Source: an uncultured delta proteobacterium (GTDB lineage Bacteria > Myxococcota_A > Polyangia > Polyangiales > Houyiibacteriaceae). From it: a stretch of 64,000 bases of DNA. The DNA lies in NCBI GenBank assembly GCA_963699755.1, contig CAVOVB010000002.1:192001-256000 (forward strand), written 5' to 3'. How positions within the stretch are numbered: the stretch's first letter is position 1; each line of letters opens with the position of its first letter. A program made the position numbers and the translations under genes. This document shows, in pieces, positions 59,472 to 64,000 of the stretch. The notes under the pieces are model-generated. The model was given only the letters and a program-made list of their open reading frames with translations, did no database searches and had not been told where the DNA came from.

Positions 59472-61076
59472 CTAGGCGCTCGCCTGCGCACGGGCGATCT
59501 CCTCGGCCCAGCTGTAGTCGGGCTTTCCGCTCGGCATGCGGGAAACCGTCTCGGTGATCGTGATCTGCCGCGGGACCTTGTAGCCGGCGATGTGCTTGCG
59601 GCAATGCTCCTGCACCTGCTCGAGAGAGAGCTGCTGATTCCCCCGCGTGTTGAACACCGCAGCGACCTTGGACCCGAAACGAGGATCTGGAACCGCCACG
59701 ACCAGGGCATCGATGACGTCCGGGTGTGCCTTGAGCGCTTCTTCCACTTCTTCGGGGAACACCTTCTCGCCACCGGTGTTGATGCACTTGCTGCCCCGGC
59801 CGAGGAAGGTAATCCTGCCGTCTTCTTCAATCGTCGCGAAGTCCCCAGGCACGACCCAGCGCTTACCTTTGAATTCCTTGAAGCGCTCGGCGGTCTTCTC
59901 GGCATCTTTGTAGTAGCCGAGGGGAAGGCGGCCTGAGCGGGCTACCATTCCGACCTGGCCGGAGCCTGGCTCGATCTGATCGCCGTTCTCGTCCAAGACG
60001 GTGACCTCGTCTCCCATGTAGAACGAGGGACGGTTCTCGTGGCTCTCCTCGTCGCCCGCGGCACGCCCGAGGTCGCCCGATTCACTCGTCCCAAAGCTGT
60101 TGATGATCATGACGTCGGGGAGCAGGGATTCGAGCTCCTCCTGAATGCTCGCAGAGAGAATCGCGCCAGCGGATGCGATCACCGCTAGATTCGACATGTC
60201 GTAGTCGCCGCTCTTGAGCTCCTCGATCAGCGGAATTGCCATCGCGTCGCCCACGAGCGAGAGCGTCGATACTTCCTCTTCGGCCACGAGTGACAAGATT
60301 CGCTTGGCGTCGAAGCTCGGGCCATTTTGAAGCACGAGCTTCCCACCTGTCATGTGGCAGATCCATTGGGTCCACTGCGCCGCCCCGTGAATGAAAGGAG
60401 CACAGGGAAGCATGGTCACCGTGTACCAGCCCTCTCTTGCCTGCTCGACCAGCTGCTCCGGTGATTCCACCGGATCGCCGCCTGGCGACCCGCCTTGAAG
60501 ACCTGTGAAGAACAAGTCCTCATGTCGCCACATCACGCCCTTGGGCATCCCGGTCGTCCCGCCGGTGTAGATGATGTAGAGGTCTTTGCCGGACCTCGGT
60601 CCGAAATCACGCTCCTCGGATCCTTGCGCAAGCGCCGCTTCGTACTCGATCGACTCCTGGTTCGCGAAACCCTTGGCGCCGTCTTCGATGACGAGGAGCG
60701 CCCTGAGTGGCTCGAGGCCTTCCATGGCCTCGTTGATGACAGGCAAGAAGCGCCGCTGCGTGATCACCCCCACCAGGTCCGCGTTTTCGATCATGTAGCG
60801 AACTTCGGGACCCACGAACCTGTAGTTCATGTTGATGCCAACGGCGCGAATCTTGAAAAGGGCGAGAATCGCTTCGACGAACTCGTGACCGTTGAAGAGG
60901 TGCAGCCCGACGTGGTCGCCGGGGCCGATGCCGCGGGATAGTAGGTAGTGCGCAAGGCGGTTGGCCCGCTTGTCGAGGTCTTTGTACGTGTGGTGGATGT
61001 CGCCCGAGGCCAGAGCGACATTGTCGGGAACGGCGTCCGCAATAGCCTCGTACAGATCTGCAAGATTGTATTCCAT
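59472..61076 (-). CDS. fadD19: Steroid side-chain acyl-CoA ligase, FadD19-like
   Basis: YTGGTTGMPKGVMWRHED, LGYYKD, GRGSKCINTGGEKVFPEEVE, SGKPDY. Confidence 0.8.
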   Translation of the reverse strand: MEYNLADLYEAIADAVPDNVALASGDIHHTYKDLDKRANRLAHYLLSRGIGPGDHVGLHLFNGHEFVEAILALFKIRAVGINMNYRFVGPEVRYMIENADLVGVITQRRFLPVINEAMEGLEPLRALLVIEDGAKGFANQESIEYEAALAQGSEERDFGPRSGKDLYIIYTGGTTGMPKGVMWRHEDLFFTGLQGGSPGGDPVESPEQLVEQAREGWYTVTMLPCAPFIHGAAQWTQWICHMTGGKLVLQNGPSFDAKRILSLVAEEEVSTLSLVGDAMAIPLIEELKSGDYDMSNLAVIASAGAILSASIQEELESLLPDVMIINSFGTSESGDLGRAAGDEESHENRPSFYMGDEVTVLDENGDQIEPGSGQVGMVARSGRLPLGYYKDAEKTAERFKEFKGKRWVVPGDFATIEEDGRITFLGRGSKCINTGGEKVFPEEVEEALKAHPDVIDALVVAVPDPRFGSKVAAVFNTRGNQQLSLEQVQEHCRKHIAGYKVPRQITITETVSRMPSGKPDYSWAEEIARAQASA

Positions 61077-61088
61077 CGTTTGTCCGGC

Positions 61089-62237
61089 TCAGCGTTCCGA
61101 GCTCACGATCCACATCGCGAAGAACTGCGAGCCGCCTCCGTAGGCGTGACCGAGGGCGACCTTCGCGCCGTCGACCTGATGTTTGTCGGCTGTCCCCCGC
61201 ACCTGGCGCGCGGCTTCGGCGAATCGGAGCATACCACTGGCACCAATCGGATTGGTGCACATGACGCCGCCAGACATGTTCCAAGGCATCTCGCCGTCGA
61301 TTCTCGTCTTGCCTTCCATGGTCATCCTCCAGCCTTCGCCTTCTTCGGCGAATCCGAGGTTTTCGAGCCACATCGGCTCGAACCAAGAGAAAGGAACGTA
61401 GACTTCGGCACAGTCGATCTCTTTGACTGGGTTGCGGATCCCGGCCTCATCGTAGACGTCTCTTGCGCAGAGCTTTCCGGCGGCCGGGTTCACCTGGTCA
61501 CGTCCCGCAAAGAACGTGCGCTCGGTTCGAACCGAGGTCCCCTTCACCCAGGCGGGGTTCTTCACTCGTCCGGCGTGCTTGTCGTTGACGAGGACCATCG
61601 CCACGGCGCCGTCCGAAGAAGGACAGGTCTCCGAGTAGCGAATCGGATCCCAGAGCATCGGCGATGCCTTGACCTGTTCGAGCGTCTGGTCGAGGTGCAG
61701 ATGCGCGTCAGGGTTGAGTAAGCCGTTCTGCCGATCCTTGACGGCGACCATGCAGCCCGTGTCTGGGTGCGCGTCGGAGCGACGGATATACGAACGAATG
61801 AGGGGGGCGAAGTAGCCGCCAGCGCCGGCAACTAGCTGCGGCTGAAAGGGAATCGCCGGTGAGAGCGCCCACATGGCGTTGGACTCGCTCTGCTTCTCAA
61901 ACGCAAGCGTGAGGACCTTTTCGTGTACGCCAGCCTGTACGAGGTGAGACGCCACGACGGCGGTCGACCCTCCCACCGAACCGGCGGTGTGCACGCGGAG
62001 CATCGGTTTCCCGGCAGCGCCCAACGCATCCGACAACCAAAGCTCCGGCATCATGACGCCTTCGAACATATCGGGCGCCGTACCGATGACGATGGAATCG
62101 ATGTCCTTCCAGGTCATGTCCGCGTCTGAGAGCGCGCGAAGGGCTGCGTCTCGCACCAGGCCTGGAATCGAAAGGTCGCGACGACTTTCGCGATGCTTGG
62201 TCTGGCCGATCCCGATGACCGCACATTGATCAGCCAT
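61089..62237 (-). CDS. ltp3: Thiolase-like protein Ltp3 (retro-aldolase subunit)
   Basis: APDMFEGVMMPE, VHTAGSVGGST, GAGGYFAP, YVPFSWFEPMWLENL, HAYGGGSQFF. Confidence 0.85.
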   Translation of the reverse strand: MADQCAVIGIGQTKHRESRRDLSIPGLVRDAALRALSDADMTWKDIDSIVIGTAPDMFEGVMMPELWLSDALGAAGKPMLRVHTAGSVGGSTAVVASHLVQAGVHEKVLTLAFEKQSESNAMWALSPAIPFQPQLVAGAGGYFAPLIRSYIRRSDAHPDTGCMVAVKDRQNGLLNPDAHLHLDQTLEQVKASPMLWDPIRYSETCPSSDGAVAMVLVNDKHAGRVKNPAWVKGTSVRTERTFFAGRDQVNPAAGKLCARDVYDEAGIRNPVKEIDCAEVYVPFSWFEPMWLENLGFAEEGEGWRMTMEGKTRIDGEMPWNMSGGVMCTNPIGASGMLRFAEAARQVRGTADKHQVDGAKVALGHAYGGGSQFFAMWIVSSER

Positions 62238-63292
62238 TATTCCCCCTCCAAGACGGCAACGAGGTTGTGTTGGAGGCAGACACCGTTGGTGGTGTGTGCC
62301 AGTGCGCGGTCTGCATCTCCGGAGAGGATCCGGGCCGCCGCCTCACCGAAGCGAATCAGCCCCGCGGTCATCAGCGCGTTTGCGGCCAAGGCGCCACCGG
62401 AAGGATTGACGTTCACCTCGTCACCGATACCCATCGCCTCGCGCAAGATGATCTCCTGGTGGGCGAAAGGCGCATGGAGCTCTGCGAGGTCGACTTGGCC
62501 CTTCCCGAGACCCGCCTTTTCGGCTGCGAGCGTCGAAGACGGCGACCTCGTGAGGTCACGTTGGCCGAGGGCATGCGGCTCGGTCCGATGGTCGATCCCC
62601 CGAATCCAAGCCGGTCGCTTCACCAGCCTCTTTGCCGCATCCCCAGCGGCCAACACGATGGCTGCGGCCGAGTCGGAGAGCGGCGAGCAGAAACTCTTGC
62701 GCAAAGGGGAGCTGATGTACGGCTCTTCGAGCATTTCATCGACGCTGAAGTCGCCCTTGATCTGCGCGTTTGGGTTGTCCACCGCGCTCCTTCGATTGCG
62801 CGCGACGACCTCCGCAAAGTCTCGCTCCGTTGCCTTGCCTGCGTCGATCAGTGCCTGGGCCTGGAGCGCGGCAGCGCTGATCGAGTCGAGGCCGAGAGGC
62901 TGCACGTAGTAGGGATCATTCTGCAGATTCAGGATGTCGGGAACCGGGCCGAGCGAGCTCTTTCCAAAGGAGAACACGAGCGCGGTGTCGATGTCGCCGT
63001 GCAAGAGCCGGACCCAGGCTTCGTAGAGCGCGAAGGCGCCGTCCATTTCGACGTGTGACTCGCGAATCGGAGGGAAGGCCTTGAGGCCATCCACCGCTGC
63101 GACAAAGGAGAAGGGACGCCCCGGCAGATAGTCGGTGCTCCCCGAGCAAGTGAAGCCGATGTCGTCTTGCGTGAGACCAACCTGCCTCATCGCATCCGAG
63201 GTGACCGGTTGGACCAGCTCCGGCTCGTCCGCGGCGTCGATAACTTTCACCGACGGAAGCTGTGAGAAGGAAACGATCGCGACGTCGCGCAT
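62237..63292 (-). CDS. ltp4: Thiolase-like protein Ltp4
   Basis: MRDVAIVSF, CSGSTDY, ESHVEMDGAFALYEAW, LQHNLVAVLE. Confidence 0.82.
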   Translation of the reverse strand: MRDVAIVSFSQLPSVKVIDAADEPELVQPVTSDAMRQVGLTQDDIGFTCSGSTDYLPGRPFSFVAAVDGLKAFPPIRESHVEMDGAFALYEAWVRLLHGDIDTALVFSFGKSSLGPVPDILNLQNDPYYVQPLGLDSISAAALQAQALIDAGKATERDFAEVVARNRRSAVDNPNAQIKGDFSVDEMLEEPYISSPLRKSFCSPLSDSAAAIVLAAGDAAKRLVKRPAWIRGIDHRTEPHALGQRDLTRSPSSTLAAEKAGLGKGQVDLAELHAPFAHQEIILREAMGIGDEVNVNPSGGALAANALMTAGLIRFGEAAARILSGDADRALAHTTNGVCLQHNLVAVLEGE

Positions 63293-64000
63293 CAGAGATG
63301 CTCCTTGTAGCTATCGAAAGGCGCATCGGGCTCGCCGGTGGGTTCGAAGTAGAGGATGTTCTCGAGCGAAGTCTCCCATTCGTCTTGGGGCTTCCACTTC
63401 GCTTTCACGCGCATACCCATTCGGATATCGTCGTGCGGAACACCGCTGATCAGGTGGTAGATGGGGCTGTGGGCGCCATCGAGCACGATCGCGCCGAAGC
63501 AGTACGGCGGCGTGAGCTTCTGGCCCTCGAACGGAATGCGAATGATGGTGAAGGTCGTGAGCACCCCTCGATCGGGGACCTCGACGTACTCGTTGGTCGG
63601 GTTTCCGGTCATGGGATCGGCCCCGCGCGGTGGCACATACACCTTCCCTGCCTCGGGATCGCGCCCGCCGATGAGCTTGCCCTCCTGCAGGCCCCGCAAA
63701 TAGGCCGTGTAGTGTTTACCGGGATTCACGTCGTACTCGAGATGAACCGGGCTTGGCAGGTACGGGCTGATCGGCTCGAAGCAATCGATATCGCGAATCG
63801 TCCCATTCTTCTTGTCGGCCCAACGCAGACGCACCCGCATCCCAGTCTTCATTCGCTTGGCCTTCCCGGCGTCGACCACGTGCACCATGGCGTTGTCCGC
63901 GCCATCGATTCGAATGAGCGCCCAAGCGAATGGACGATCGAAGGGGTGCCCTTTGCGGGGTTCTGGCACCCAGGACCAAGACTTCACCGTGCCGGACGGT
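63292..64000 (-). CDS. Tandem DUF35/OB-fold protein (Rv3521-like), 5' end outside window
   Basis: PFAWALIRIDGAD, KVYVPPRG, MGMRVKAKW, YFEPTGEPDA. Frame is open to the window edge. Confidence 0.82.
   Translation of the reverse strand, partial: PSGTVKSWSWVPEPRKGHPFDRPFAWALIRIDGADNAMVHVVDAGKAKRMKTGMRVRLRWADKKNGTIRDIDCFEPISPYLPSPVHLEYDVNPGKHYTAYLRGLQEGKLIGGRDPEAGKVYVPPRGADPMTGNPTNEYVEVPDRGVLTTFTIIRIPFEGQKLTPPYCFGAIVLDGAHSPIYHLISGVPHDDIRMGMRVKAKWKPQDEWETSLENILYFEPTGEPDAPFDSYKEHL

Overview
High-GC bacterial chromosomal window. It is probably from a Gram-negative, myxobacterium-like host; this is inferred from pdxJ, fused rlmKL, beta-barrel-like proteins and a membrane Hanks-type kinase, and was not verified. 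(1) 324-4395 is a compact candidate RiPP cluster. A 68-aa precursor has a Tat-like/YxxP leader and a core of five tandem C-x-P-x-x repeats. It is followed by a radical SAM enzyme, a stand-alone PqqD/RRE, an HPr-kinase-like kinase, a methyltransferase and a convergent NTP_transf_5-type nucleotidyltransferase. (2) Actinobacterial-style steroid catabolism genes are dispersed across the window: an OB-fold/thiolase pair, hsaA/E/G/F, an ACAD pair, a kshA-like Rieske oxygenase, fadD19-like, ltp3/ltp4 and a KstR-like TetR. Three intergenic TnnAACnnGTTnnA KstR-type boxes accompany them. (3) An ilvB-ilvN-ilvC-leuA-leuC-leuD-cimA-leuB-malic enzyme operon is preceded by an unannotated Val/Leu/Ile-rich leader peptide with terminator and antiterminator. 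(4) The rest is lipid metabolism, transport and housekeeping genes, many apparently leaderless. No rRNA, tRNA, CRISPR array or mobile element was recognised. All family assignments come from motif recognition by eye, not database searches.
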